In this document: piece after piece, positions 9,240 to 19,600 of the stretch
Layout: the number at the start of each line of letters is the position of its first letter
Numbering within the stretch: position 1 is the first letter of the stretch
Assembly: GCA_046290225.1 (NCBI GenBank)
Contig: JBKAGE010000035.1
Location: 1 to 64,000 of the forward strand
Direction of reading: 5' to 3'
Length of the DNA stretch: 64,000 nt
From: Bradymonadia bacterium
Lineage (GTDB): Bacteria > Myxococcota_A > Bradymonadia > UBA7976 > UBA1532
Notes under the pieces: model-generated
The model's input: only the letters and a program-made list of their open reading frames with translations
What the model was told of the DNA's origin: nothing
Databases searched by the model: none
Program-made: the position numbers and the translations under genes

Positions 9240-10961
9240 ATGACGCACGTGATCACACACGGGGGTACACGCCTTTTCTGTGAATTTGGCTTCATGTTAG
9301 GGTGCCAACGGGCTGAGGATCTCTTCGAGGTACCAGGCACAGTGTCATCGAAAACCCCAGGGCCGTCGAAACCCCCAGGGCCATCCAGCACCAAGGGCCA
9401 GTCGAGACTCGGCAATGTGATCGGACGGTACACGCTGGAAGGCCTCATCGGCGAGGGCGGATTCAGCGCAGTCTATCGGGCCCGTCGAGTCGACGACAAG
9501 GGGCAACCCATCGGCCTCGCAGCGGTGAAGATACTCGACGCCCGAGAAGGCGAAGCCGCAGAGCGCTTTCTCAAAGAAGCGCAAATCATCGGCCAGCTTC
9601 ACAGCCCGTACACCGTGCGACTCTACGACACCGGCGTCACTGACGAGGGCGATCTCTACCTCGCCATGGAATATCTGCAGGGCGAGTCGCTCTCGCGGCG
9701 TATCCGACGCCAGGGCACCGTGCCATGGGCCCAGGCCCTCGAATTTGTGGGTCAGGTGTGTCGATCGCTCCACGAAGCCCACGAGTTGGGGATCATCCAC
9801 CGCGACATCAAGGGCGACAACATCTTCCTGCACCACGTCGCGGGCGATGTAGTGGCCCGGGTCCTCGACTTCGGCGTGGCCCACCTCGAGAAGAGCGCCA
9901 CCCAGCTCACAGGTGATCACACCCTCATCGGTACCCCCCGGTGCATGTCTCCGGAGCAAATCAAAGGCGGCAAGGTCGATCGTCGATCCGATCTCTACGC
10001 CTTGGGCGTCGTGCTGTATCGCATGCTCACCGGCGAGCCACCCTTCTCCGCCGATACGCCCTATGCCCTCTTCTTCATGCACGTGTACGAGCCACCGGTG
10101 CACCCAAGAGAGCTGGGCCTCGATCTGCCTGAAGGGGTGAACGATCTGGTTCTGCGCCTGCTGAGCAAGAACCCTGAGGGCCGCCCGGAGAGTGCCCTGG
10201 CGCTCTTCCGCGAGTGCAAGGCGTTGATGGCGAACAAGGGCGCCCTCGGTGCACATGGTGCCGTGGGCCGCACCGTGACCGAGATGCCGACCTTTCGCCC
10301 AGGTCTGCCCGCTGAATCTGAAGAGGCGACGATCTCCGAGCTCGATGTGCCCACGGCACTCTCTCAACCGTCAGGCAGCTTCGACGGCGCCACGGTGAAC
10401 GATGACTCGATGCCGTTCGAACACACCTCGGTGGACATCCGCCCCGACGGCCTCGACGATCAGACGCCCATGACCATCTCCGAGGTGGTGAACCCCTTCG
10501 AGCAGCGGTCACCTCGATTCGGATGGCTCTGGAAGGGCGGGCTCACCCTGGTGGCACTGCTCGGAATGATGTGGTGGGCGTGGCCCACCAGGCCCTCGAC
10601 GCAACCTTCGACCCGCTCTGCGGCGGGGCCAGCGAAAGAGATCCCCGCGAACCAGCAGCCGCCCCAACTGCTCGTCCGCCCAGATGCAACCCTCGCCAGG
10701 ATCCCTGCGCCGAAAGCGCTGGCACAGGCAGATGCTGGGGTGGCCCCAGTGGCGCCGCCAGATGCATCTCTCACCGAGCCAGCAGCGGCGCAAAAAGCAG
10801 CCCCCCCGAAAACGGCAGCCCCGAAACATACAGCCCCGAAACGTATAGCTCCGAAAAACACAGCCTCGTCATCGCGACGCTCCACGAGCAAGCGCCGACG
10901 CCGCACCCAAAAATCCAATCTCGAGCTGCCCAAGGGAGTGGGCGTGCCCTCTCTACCCTGA
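9240..10961 (+). CDS. Hanks-type Ser/Thr protein kinase with transmembrane helix (start may be later, 9294 or 9342)
   Basis: IGEGGFSAVY, AVK, HRDIKGDN, DFG, GTPRCMSPE, SDLYALG; TM helix and Pro/Ala-rich tail. Confidence 0.95.
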   Translation: MTHVITHGGTRLFCEFGFMLGCQRAEDLFEVPGTVSSKTPGPSKPPGPSSTKGQSRLGNVIGRYTLEGLIGEGGFSAVYRARRVDDKGQPIGLAAVKILDAREGEAAERFLKEAQIIGQLHSPYTVRLYDTGVTDEGDLYLAMEYLQGESLSRRIRRQGTVPWAQALEFVGQVCRSLHEAHELGIIHRDIKGDNIFLHHVAGDVVARVLDFGVAHLEKSATQLTGDHTLIGTPRCMSPEQIKGGKVDRRSDLYALGVVLYRMLTGEPPFSADTPYALFFMHVYEPPVHPRELGLDLPEGVNDLVLRLLSKNPEGRPESALALFRECKALMANKGALGAHGAVGRTVTEMPTFRPGLPAESEEATISELDVPTALSQPSGSFDGATVNDDSMPFEHTSVDIRPDGLDDQTPMTISEVVNPFEQRSPRFGWLWKGGLTLVALLGMMWWAWPTRPSTQPSTRSAAGPAKEIPANQQPPQLLVRPDATLARIPAPKALAQADAGVAPVAPPDASLTEPAAAQKAAPPKTAAPKHTAPKRIAPKNTASSSRRSTSKRRRRTQKSNLELPKGVGVPSLP

Positions 10962-10966
10962 GTTCC

Positions 10967-13900
10967 ATGCCCAACGCGTTACATCTGCTTCGTTTATCTG
11001 TGCTCTTCGCCGTGGCCGTCTCAGGGTGCAGCCGAGATCCGCTCATTGCCCCCGTCGACCTCGTCGTCGACTTCGAACACACGGCCGCCCGTATCCAAAG
11101 ATGCATCGATGGCCCCACGCCAGGTGAAGAGGCAGCATGCGTCTCCACGCTCTCGGTGCGGATCTCGACCCACCCGATCAATGCCTGCCTCCTGGTCCAA
11201 CGCGGCTCGCACCCGTCGATGCCCATCACCCACCTGCCCATGAAGCTGGTGCTCACCGAGCAGGGCGTGCAGCAACTGAGCTTTGCCGAGGGCGCTCCAG
11301 GGCGCTTCCCTCTCGAAGTGGGTGAGTCGATCTCTGCAGAGCTCTATGTCTTCGGACGAGAAGCCCAAGGCGAGACGCTCTGCGTGGCGGGTGGCCTCGA
11401 GCAAGGCACAGTGTGCGGCCCTGACGGACCTTGCCTGCTGAAATGGGTGCAGCCCATCCTGCCCGTACCCGCCGAGGGCCTCGTCCTCTCGTTTACCCGC
11501 GACGCCGAGTCCGACGTGTGCCAGGTGCAAGGCAGCCTCCTGCTCGCTGGTGAAGTGTGCAATGGCGTCGACGACGACTGTGACACCCTCGTGGACGAAG
11601 GCGAGCTCCCTGGGGTTGGCGGCAACTGCAGCGCTCAAGCCTCTGGCCCGTGCGGCCCTGGTCGCCAGCAGTGCATCGAGGGTCGTCTGCGATGTGTGAG
11701 CACAATGGAGCCGCTCGATCGAGATCTGTGTGGCAACAACACCGATGATGACTGCGACGGCCGCATCGACGAGGCGGATCCACAGGTGGTCTTTACCCCA
11801 ACAGAAGGGGGGCCTCGTGTGGGTCTGGGCGAATCGTGCCAGACAGCAGACGGGTGCGAGGGCGTGACCCTCTGCGCCGAGGGCGGCGCCGAGTTGATGT
11901 GTGGCCCGGATCCGAGCGCGGAGGAGATCTGCAACGGCGCTGATGACGACTGTGACGGCCGCGTCGACGAGCAGATCGAGATCACTCAGGTGACCTGCGG
12001 CGTGGGGGCCTGCGCCGCAAGTGGGGTCCGGGTCTGCAATGGCCAGCTGGAGGATGTCTGCACCCCCGGTGAGCCAGCCCTGGACGATAGAAATTGTGAT
12101 GGCATCGACGATGACTGTGATGGTCAGGCAGACGAAGACTATACCGTCGTTCCGCTGAGCTGCGGACTCGGTGCGTGCGCGCAATCCACGATGACGCAGT
12201 GTCTCGGCGGTGAAGTGATCAACACCTGTGAGCCTCTGGCCCCCCTCGCCGCCGATGACAGCTGCAACGGCATCGACGAAGACTGCGATGGCCTCGTCGA
12301 CGAGGGCTTCCGCGGCGGGCTCACCACCTGTGGCGTGGGTCTGTGCGAGCGTCAGGGGCAGAGCTTCTGCCAAAGCGGCGTTTTCACCGACACCTGCGCC
12401 CCTGGAGATCCGGCGGCGGACACCACCTGCAATGGCATCGACGAAGACTGCGACGGCCAGTCCGACGAGGACTTCGAAGCGGAAGACGTCACCTGTGGCC
12501 GCGGCATCTGCGCACGACAGGGTCAACGCCTCTGCAGGGAGGGCGGCGAGTTGAGGGTGCAGTGCACCCCCGGAGATCCTGCAGGGCAAGACGACAACTG
12601 CAATGCCATGGACGACGACTGTGACGGTCTCGTCGACGAGGGCTTCGAGAGCGAGCTGGTGGCCTGTGGTCAGGGTGCCTGCGCTGCTCAGGGCATCACA
12701 CGATGCGTCAATGGCACCCTCGGCGACACGTGCCGTGCCGGTGAGCCCCAGAACGACGACGACACCTGTGATGGGGTGGACGACGACTGTGACGGCGCCC
12801 TCGACGAAGACTACCAGGCGCCGCCCATCACCTGCGGGCTCGGCATCTGTCATCGCGAGGGGCTCCGTGTCTGTGTCAGTGGCCAGCCTCAAGATGCGTG
12901 TGATCCCGGCGAAGCAGCCCCCAATGACGCCATCTGCAATGGCCAGGACGATGACTGCGATGGGCAGATCGACGAAGACTTCGTCACCCAGCTCACCCGC
13001 TGTGGTCAGGGCATCTGCAGTCGGATCGGGCAGCGCCGCTGTGAAGATGGCGTCGTCCTCGACACCTGCGTACCGGGTGAGCCCGAGCCCTCTGACCTGA
13101 CCTGCGACGGCCGTGACGATGACTGTAATGGCCTGCGCGACGACGGCTATGTGCCCGAGGCCACCACCTGTGGCGTTGGCGACTGCTCTGCCAACGGCCA
13201 GACCATCTGCGTCAACGGCGATGTTCAGAGCACGTGCGTACCCGGGCAAGGGGCCGCCATCGACGCCACCTGCGATGGCGATGATGACGACTGTGACGGC
13301 CTCGTCGACGAGGACCACACCCCGACCCCCACTCAGTGCGGGGTGGGCATCTGCCAAGCCCAAGGGCAGCAGCTGTGCGTGGGGGGTGAGCTCGTCAACA
13401 CGTGCACCCCTCAACAGCCTGATGATTCAGATGATGACTGCAACGCCCTCGACAACGACTGCGACGGCCTCGTCGACGAAGGGTACGGCGAAGAGGTGGA
13501 CTGCGGCGCTGGTGCCTGCGCCACGAACGGGGTGCTGATCTGCACCAACGGGCAGAGCGTGAGTACGTGCCAGCCTGGAGATCCTCAGGACAGCGACAGC
13601 ACCTGCGACGGAGTGGACGACGACTGTGATGGCGCTCTCGACGAAGATTTCGCCCCTCAGGCCATCACCTGCGGACAGGGGCTGTGCACAGCGAACGGGA
13701 CCCGCGTCTGCATCAACGGTGAGATCTCGAACGCCTGCACCCCCGGCACGCCCTTCCCTGGTGACGAGACATGTGACGGTCAGGATGACGACTGCGATGG
13801 CCAGCCTGATGAGGACTACAACACCGCCCCCATCGTGTGTGGCCTGGGTGCCTGCCTGAATCAGGGCCAGCGCATCTGCGAAGGCGGCCAGGTGCTCCGC

Positions 13901-14380
13901 CTGTGTGATCCGCTGCCACCGAGCGACGACATCTGTGATGGCGTGGACAACGACTGTGACGGCGAAACCGATGAGGACTTCCCCACCCTGGGACAGCCCT
14001 GTGTGGTGGGCGTGGGTGAGTGTGCTCGCTCCGGGGTGAAGATCTGCAGCGCCAACGGCAACGAGATTTGGTGCTCGGTCCAGGTGGGCGATCCCTCTGA
14101 GGAACTGTGCGACGGCCTCGACAATGATTGTGACGGCGAGACCGACGAAGATCCGCTGGGTGAAGGCAGGGCCTGCAACGCCGACGCTCGAGGGGTATGC
14201 GCCAACGGCACGAGTGTGTGTGAAGAGGGGGCCCTGAATTGCGAGCCCGGCACGCCCTCACCAGAGGTGTGCAACCGCCAGGACGACAACTGTGACGGCA
14301 TCATCGACAATGTGGATCCCGGCACGGGGCTCGACTGCACGAACGTGGGCCGATCACCTGACCCACAAGAGGTGCCGTGA
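10967..14380 (+). CDS. Large Cys/Asp-rich repeat lipoprotein (MopE-related putative metal-binding repeats)
   Basis: Lipobox AVSGC; about 17 CxGxDDDCDG repeats, mostly about 56 aa apart; start at ATG 10967 just after the kinase stop. Confidence 0.85.
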   Translation: MPNALHLLRLSVLFAVAVSGCSRDPLIAPVDLVVDFEHTAARIQRCIDGPTPGEEAACVSTLSVRISTHPINACLLVQRGSHPSMPITHLPMKLVLTEQGVQQLSFAEGAPGRFPLEVGESISAELYVFGREAQGETLCVAGGLEQGTVCGPDGPCLLKWVQPILPVPAEGLVLSFTRDAESDVCQVQGSLLLAGEVCNGVDDDCDTLVDEGELPGVGGNCSAQASGPCGPGRQQCIEGRLRCVSTMEPLDRDLCGNNTDDDCDGRIDEADPQVVFTPTEGGPRVGLGESCQTADGCEGVTLCAEGGAELMCGPDPSAEEICNGADDDCDGRVDEQIEITQVTCGVGACAASGVRVCNGQLEDVCTPGEPALDDRNCDGIDDDCDGQADEDYTVVPLSCGLGACAQSTMTQCLGGEVINTCEPLAPLAADDSCNGIDEDCDGLVDEGFRGGLTTCGVGLCERQGQSFCQSGVFTDTCAPGDPAADTTCNGIDEDCDGQSDEDFEAEDVTCGRGICARQGQRLCREGGELRVQCTPGDPAGQDDNCNAMDDDCDGLVDEGFESELVACGQGACAAQGITRCVNGTLGDTCRAGEPQNDDDTCDGVDDDCDGALDEDYQAPPITCGLGICHREGLRVCVSGQPQDACDPGEAAPNDAICNGQDDDCDGQIDEDFVTQLTRCGQGICSRIGQRRCEDGVVLDTCVPGEPEPSDLTCDGRDDDCNGLRDDGYVPEATTCGVGDCSANGQTICVNGDVQSTCVPGQGAAIDATCDGDDDDCDGLVDEDHTPTPTQCGVGICQAQGQQLCVGGELVNTCTPQQPDDSDDDCNALDNDCDGLVDEGYGEEVDCGAGACATNGVLICTNGQSVSTCQPGDPQDSDSTCDGVDDDCDGALDEDFAPQAITCGQGLCTANGTRVCINGEISNACTPGTPFPGDETCDGQDDDCDGQPDEDYNTAPIVCGLGACLNQGQRICEGGQVLRLCDPLPPSDDICDGVDNDCDGETDEDFPTLGQPCVVGVGECARSGVKICSANGNEIWCSVQVGDPSEELCDGLDNDCDGETDEDPLGEGRACNADARGVCANGTSVCEEGALNCEPGTPSPEVCNRQDDNCDGIIDNVDPGTGLDCTNVGRSPDPQEVP

Positions 14381-14481
14381 GCGTGGCGCGGCCCACTGAA
14401 ATTGCGATCTCCTTTGGCCAAATCGCATTTGGCCCGATGATGCATACGCGACCTATCGTCTACGGCAAGCATCGAGGCTGA

Positions 14482-16701
14482 ATGCACGATTCCGCACATG
14501 CGCTGCTCATCACCGCCGTTTCTGCCCTCGCTGGAGGGGTGCTGCTCATGGTGGCGGCCCGACGTCTCGGGCTCCCTGCCATCGTCCTCCTCCTCGTCGG
14601 CGGCCTCGCCCTCGGGCCCTTCGGCGCCGGGCTGGTCCAGCCCGAAGCGCTGGGGTACGGCCTGAGCCCGGTGGTCTCACTCTGTGTGGGGCTGATCTTG
14701 TTCGAGGGGGGGCTCAACCTCGACATCGCAGGCTTCAGGGCAGCCCCGGCGGTCATCAGACGCCTGCTCACCATTGGGGTGCTGGTGACCTGGATGGGGG
14801 TGGCCACCACATTGTGGCTGGTGGCCGGCCTGCCCTCGTTCTTCGACGGCATGGTGGTGGCCAGCCTAGTCATCGTCACCGGACCCACGGTCATCGCCCC
14901 GCTGCTCAGGCGTATCCGCGTCACCGAACGACTCAGCCACATCCTGCACTGGGAAGGCGTGCTCATCGATCCGATCGGGGTGTTCATCGCCCTGCTCTGC
15001 TTCGAAGGCCTCGTGCAGGAGAGCGGCGGCATGGCCTTCGCCGATCTCAGCCTGCGGGTGGTCTCTGGCATGGTCTTCGGCCTCATGGGCGGGTGGCTGA
15101 TCCAGTTCTGTCTGGTGCGTCGCCTCGTGCCCCACGACATGATCAACATGTTCATCCTGGGCATGGCGGTGCTCATCTTCGGGGCCGCCGAGGCTCTCAT
15201 CAGCGAGGCGGGCCTGCTCTCGGTGACCGTGGCGGGGTTCCTGCTCGGGGTGCAGCACCCCCCGTGGCTCAAAGAGATCAGGGCCTTCAAGACCGAGATC
15301 GCCGAGATCTGCATCGGCACCCTCTTCATGTTGCTCGCCGCCCGCCTCGATCCGGCCACATTCGCCAACTTCGGCGTCGGCGGCTTCTTGTCGGTGGCGG
15401 TGGTCATGGTGGTGATCCGCCCGATCTCGGTGACGCTGTGCACCTGGGGCCTCGGGCTCTCGGTGAAAGAGCGCGCCTTCCTCGGCTGGGTGGCGCCTCG
15501 GGGCATCGTGGCGGCGTCGATGGCCTCGCTCTTCGCCATCACCCTCGAGAACTCACCGGGTGACGCGGGCCTCGATCCGGCCTTCGTCGAGACCTTCACG
15601 TGGTCGGTCATCGCTGGCACCATCATCGTGCAGGGGCTCTCCGCCGGCATGGTGGCCCGGTGGCTGGGTCTCCAGAGGCCTGATCCCACAGGCTGGCTGG
15701 TGGTGGGCGCCCACGATCTGGGCCGGTCGGTGGCCCGCTTCCTCTCTTCGAAGGGGATCTCGGTGGTGATCATGGACACGGATCGCCGCCGCACCCACCG
15801 CGCTGCAGAAGAAGGCCTGATCGCCATCGAAGGCGACGCCCGAGCTCACGACGAGGTAGAACACCATCCGGCTCTACAGCAGGTGGGCTTCGTCCTCGCC
15901 ATCACCGACAACCCCGATCTCAACTACGTGATTTGCCAGCGCTGGTCTGAAGAGCTGGGGCCCGATCACGTGTACCGCTGGCAACCCCCGGCGCCCGCTC
16001 GGGGGGAGACCTCCCACGTGGAAGGCGGACGCCCGGTCTGGGCGGGTCTGCCCCGACCGTCTCTCCTCGGTGCCGAGCTGAGCAACGGTGAAGCGCGCCT
16101 GGCGATCCGCATGGCCTCTGAGGACAACACTGTCGAGGTGCCTGGGCAACCGCTGCTCTGGGTGCACGAAGGTGCAGTGGGGGTGACCGCCACCGACAAG
16201 CCCGCCACGGGGGCCACGATACTCTCGGTCGACCGAGAGGCGGACTTCCTGCTGCGCAGCCTGCACCACGAGCTGGTGCTCACTCTGGACGACGAGACTC
16301 CGGAGCAGGTGCTTCGTCAGATGATGGAGTCGGTGGTGCAGCGCCATCCCCACGTGCCGCTGCCTACAGTGATTCAGGATCTGCTCGAGCGAGAGCAGGG
16401 CATGCCCAGCGCCCTGGGCCACGAGGTGGCGGTACCCCACGCCTACGTGCCCAACCTGCAGCGTCGAATCTGCGTACTGGCCCGTCTGCAGCACGGCGTG
16501 TCGTGGCAGGCCCCCGATGGCGAGCCCGTGCGGCTGGTCTTCTTGCTGCTCAGCCCTCAGGGCGATCCGGACGGCCACCTGGCCACCCTCGCCGACGTGG
16601 CTCGGCTGGTGCTCAAAGAGGAGATGCGCTCACAGCTGCTGTCGCTGGAAGATGCGGAGAAGGTGGTGGACGTGATCTGGGATGCACACCGCAGCGGGTG
16701 A
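14482..16701 (+). CDS. CPA1 cation:proton antiporter fused to TrkA-N (RCK) and PTS EIIA domains
   Basis: ILFEGG, VTGPTVI, WEGVLIDPIG, APRGIVAAS; VVGAHDLG..IEGDA; C-terminal LEREQ..ALGHEVAVPHA..PDGEPVRLVFLL. Confidence 0.9.
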   Translation: MHDSAHALLITAVSALAGGVLLMVAARRLGLPAIVLLLVGGLALGPFGAGLVQPEALGYGLSPVVSLCVGLILFEGGLNLDIAGFRAAPAVIRRLLTIGVLVTWMGVATTLWLVAGLPSFFDGMVVASLVIVTGPTVIAPLLRRIRVTERLSHILHWEGVLIDPIGVFIALLCFEGLVQESGGMAFADLSLRVVSGMVFGLMGGWLIQFCLVRRLVPHDMINMFILGMAVLIFGAAEALISEAGLLSVTVAGFLLGVQHPPWLKEIRAFKTEIAEICIGTLFMLLAARLDPATFANFGVGGFLSVAVVMVVIRPISVTLCTWGLGLSVKERAFLGWVAPRGIVAASMASLFAITLENSPGDAGLDPAFVETFTWSVIAGTIIVQGLSAGMVARWLGLQRPDPTGWLVVGAHDLGRSVARFLSSKGISVVIMDTDRRRTHRAAEEGLIAIEGDARAHDEVEHHPALQQVGFVLAITDNPDLNYVICQRWSEELGPDHVYRWQPPAPARGETSHVEGGRPVWAGLPRPSLLGAELSNGEARLAIRMASEDNTVEVPGQPLLWVHEGAVGVTATDKPATGATILSVDREADFLLRSLHHELVLTLDDETPEQVLRQMMESVVQRHPHVPLPTVIQDLLEREQGMPSALGHEVAVPHAYVPNLQRRICVLARLQHGVSWQAPDGEPVRLVFLLLSPQGDPDGHLATLADVARLVLKEEMRSQLLSLEDAEKVVDVIWDAHRSG

Positions 16702-16734
16702 TTGCGCGGCCTTTCGCCGTACAGCGGCGAAACC

Positions 16735-16977
16735 TCAGAAGCAGCGGTGGGACGTGTTCATGATGACCGTGCGCAGATCCTCACCGCTCACCCCTTCATC
16801 GAGGGCGATGGAGGTGAGTGCGAGCACCTCGCTGGTGCAGTCGGGATGCAGCACCTTCACCGCCTCGTGCACTGGGCGGCCTGCCTTCACCATCCCCAGG
16901 AAATGACGCGTCTCCAGGCAATGCACCTCGAGCTCTTCGGTGATCAAACGCTCAGCGTGATGAGTGAGGGTGTTCAT
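16735..16977 (-). CDS. Small hypothetical protein (80 aa)
   Basis: GGAGAGG RBS-like sequence before ATG 16977; GC3-biased codons. Confidence 0.55.
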   Translation of the reverse strand: MNTLTHHAERLITEELEVHCLETRHFLGMVKAGRPVHEAVKVLHPDCTSEVLALTSIALDEGVSGEDLRTVIMNTSHRCF

Positions 16978-17240
16978 GATGACCTCTCCAGGGTGTAGGG
17001 CGACGACGACCGGGCTTCGGCTGTCGATGCCATGTGCAAGTGCAAGATGGCTGCGACCATCAGCAAGGGGCGGGCCAAAACAACGCGCGTGTGGTGCGTG
17101 CACCACAGCAAACGGCCTGTGGTCAGGCTTTGCGTGGACACATGATTTTTGAATGAAGATTCAGTCAGTTGCGCAGGTGCGAAATGGGGTTCGCACCGCG
17201 CAGGGCACGTGACGGCAATGTGTGGTGAGTGAGCCTTCAG

Positions 17241-18326
17241 TCAGCTCTTGCCTGATCCACGCCGCTTGGGCGCCCCTTTCACCTTCCAGGCCCTCAGCGC
17301 CTTGAGGGCAGGGCCTGTGAGGCCAGCGTCGATAAGGCTCTCCGGCGCCACAGCGCGATATGCCACAGCACTGCCACCGGCAGGTGTACCCTGAGCAGGG
17401 AACACGTACACCGTCCACTCGAGGTGGGTGAAGGCATGGGTGATCACTCTGGCCTCACCGGTGACCTCGAGCCCGAGGGTCTTCAGCTGGGCGCCGAGCT
17501 GATCAACATCAGCGCCCTCAACTGTGATGGCTGGCAACTCCCACAAACCACCGAGCAATCCCTCTGCAGGTCGCTGGGCCAGCCACACCTCCCCAGCCTC
17601 GGTGAAGCTCAGGCCAGCCACCCGAACGGCCTTCTTCCGCGGTGTGGCTTTCTTCTTCATGGGCAGTCGGTCGATCTCGCCATGGGCCAGCCCCTGGCAC
17701 TGACTGCTGAGCGGGCACAACAAGCACGTCGGTGACTTGGGCGTGCACACCGTGGCCCCGAGCTCCATGAGGCCCTGGTTGAAGTCACCAGGGCGCTTCT
17801 TGGGCACGAGGGCCTCAGCGCGAGCCCACAACCGCCTCTGGGTCGCCGGCGCCCGGGGATCATCGTGGATGCGATCGAAGCGGGCGAGCACCCGCACGAC
17901 GTTCCCGTCGACGACAGGGGTCTGGCGGCCGAAGGCGATGGACATGACCGCCCCACAGGTATACCGCCCGACCCCAGCGAGGGCCCCGAAGGCCTCGGGG
18001 TCATCCGGGATCACGCCCCCATGACGCTCCACCACCTGGGTGGCCCCTTTGTAGAGGTTTCGAGCCCGGGCGTAGTACCCGAGGCCCGCCCACAGGGCCA
18101 GCAGATCATCGAGGGGGGCCGCGGCGAGGTGCCCAGGTGTGGGGTAGAGCCCAATGAAGCGCTCCCAATACGGGATCACGCTCTCTACGCGGGTCTGCTG
18201 GGCCATGATCTCGCTGACCCAGATGCCCCACGGATCTTTCTGCCGCCGCCAGGGCAAATCGCGGTGGCCCTGGTCGTACCAGCTCAGAATACTCTCGCTG
18301 ACGAAGGTGCTGGGTGTGCTTTGCAT
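17241..18326 (-). CDS. mutY: A/G-specific adenine glycosylase
   Basis: RDLPWR, WVSEIMAQQT, WAGLGYYARARNL, HhH GVGRYT, VDGNVVRV, [4Fe-4S] CTPKSPTCLLCPLSSQC, NUDIX-like C-terminus; RBS gaggag. Confidence 0.97.
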   Translation of the reverse strand: MQSTPSTFVSESILSWYDQGHRDLPWRRQKDPWGIWVSEIMAQQTRVESVIPYWERFIGLYPTPGHLAAAPLDDLLALWAGLGYYARARNLYKGATQVVERHGGVIPDDPEAFGALAGVGRYTCGAVMSIAFGRQTPVVDGNVVRVLARFDRIHDDPRAPATQRRLWARAEALVPKKRPGDFNQGLMELGATVCTPKSPTCLLCPLSSQCQGLAHGEIDRLPMKKKATPRKKAVRVAGLSFTEAGEVWLAQRPAEGLLGGLWELPAITVEGADVDQLGAQLKTLGLEVTGEARVITHAFTHLEWTVYVFPAQGTPAGGSAVAYRAVAPESLIDAGLTGPALKALRAWKVKGAPKRRGSGKS

Positions 18327-18445
18327 GGCTCCTCTGATGGTGGGCTCGGTGAACAGGTTGCGCGGAGACCAGACAAACCCCACCTGCCCTTGAGCCAGAC
18401 GCCCGCTCTGTGCAGACTGCCGGCACCTCGACCCATGGAGCGCGC

Positions 18446-19600
18446 ATGCTCATCGACGGCCATCACCTCGGTTATTGCACCAACGTGCACCCCGGCGAGT
18501 CTCTCGACGAGATCGACACCGTGCTGCGACAGCACGTCGCCGAGGTCAAGCGTCGCCTGTCACCTGATCAACCCTTTGGGTTGGGGTTGAGGCTGGGCAA
18601 CACCGCCGCTCAGGGCCTCGATGAAGATCCTGCAGCCCTCGCCCGCCTTGCCAGCACCTGTGATGCGCTGGGTTTCTATGTCTTCACCGTCAACGGGTTT
18701 CCTTATGGCGACTTCGCCGCAGATGCAGTGAAGGCCGAGGTCTATGCGCCCAACTGGCTGCACCAGGAGCGGGTGGCGTACACGTTGCGCGTCGCCCGGG
18801 CCCTCGCGGCGTTGCCAGGACCCACCGAGCGCACCATCAGCACCGTGGCCGGGGGCTTCGGGCCCAGGACCAGCGGCCTCGCCGAGCATCGACAGATCGC
18901 CAGGCACCTCGCCATCGCCGCTGAAGGGCTCGCCGAGATCGCTGATCGCACTGGGGTGCACATCACCTTGTGTCTCGAGCCCGAGCCCTGGACCACGCTG
19001 GAGCGTACCGACGGCGTGATTCGGTTCTTCAGCGATCATGTGCTGCCCTTGAGTCACGCTGATCACCTGGGGCTCTGCTATGACTGTTGTCATCAGGCGG
19101 TCTACTTCGAAGATCCCGCCGAGAGCTTGAGATCTCTCGCCGCAGCGGGGGTGAAAATCGGCAAGATTCAGGTCTCCAGCGCGCTGCACATCGACACCCC
19201 CCGTCGACCGGAGGCCCGGGCGGCCCTGCAAGCCTTCAACGAGCCACGCTACCTGCACCAGGTGGTGGGCAAACCACACGAGGGCCCGCTGCTCCGAGCC
19301 CTCGACCTGCCCGACGTCGCTGATCCTGACACTTCCTGGCTCGACGCCGAGGCGTGGCGGTGCCATTTCCATGTGCCCATCTGGTGGCAGGGCGACGGGG
19401 TACTGGGCACGACCCGCAACGACTGGATGCAGGCGGTGAAGACCGCTGTGGCAGAGGGGCTGTGTCGCCACCTCGAGATCGAGACCTACAGCTGGGGTGT
19501 GATCCCAGAATCGGAGCGGCAGGCCCTCGAGGGGGGTGATCTGCACGCCTGTGTGGCCTCGGAATTCGACGCGCTGTTGAAGGTCCTGGGGGCCCGATGA
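18446..19600 (+). CDS. eboE: Metabolite traffic protein EboE (TIM barrel)
   Basis: YCTNVHPGES, FGLGLRL, TVNGFPYGDF, LEPEP, CYDCCHQAV, EPRYLHQV, WRCHFHVP, HLEIETYSW. Confidence 0.9.
   Translation: MLIDGHHLGYCTNVHPGESLDEIDTVLRQHVAEVKRRLSPDQPFGLGLRLGNTAAQGLDEDPAALARLASTCDALGFYVFTVNGFPYGDFAADAVKAEVYAPNWLHQERVAYTLRVARALAALPGPTERTISTVAGGFGPRTSGLAEHRQIARHLAIAAEGLAEIADRTGVHITLCLEPEPWTTLERTDGVIRFFSDHVLPLSHADHLGLCYDCCHQAVYFEDPAESLRSLAAAGVKIGKIQVSSALHIDTPRRPEARAALQAFNEPRYLHQVVGKPHEGPLLRALDLPDVADPDTSWLDAEAWRCHFHVPIWWQGDGVLGTTRNDWMQAVKTAVAEGLCRHLEIETYSWGVIPESERQALEGGDLHACVASEFDALLKVLGAR

Noticed and set aside
11540..14330. Periodic DNA repeats as a possible CRISPR array (also 43400-44720, 56040-56200)
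   Set aside because: Degenerate in-frame protein repeats; no identical repeat-spacer pattern and no cas genes
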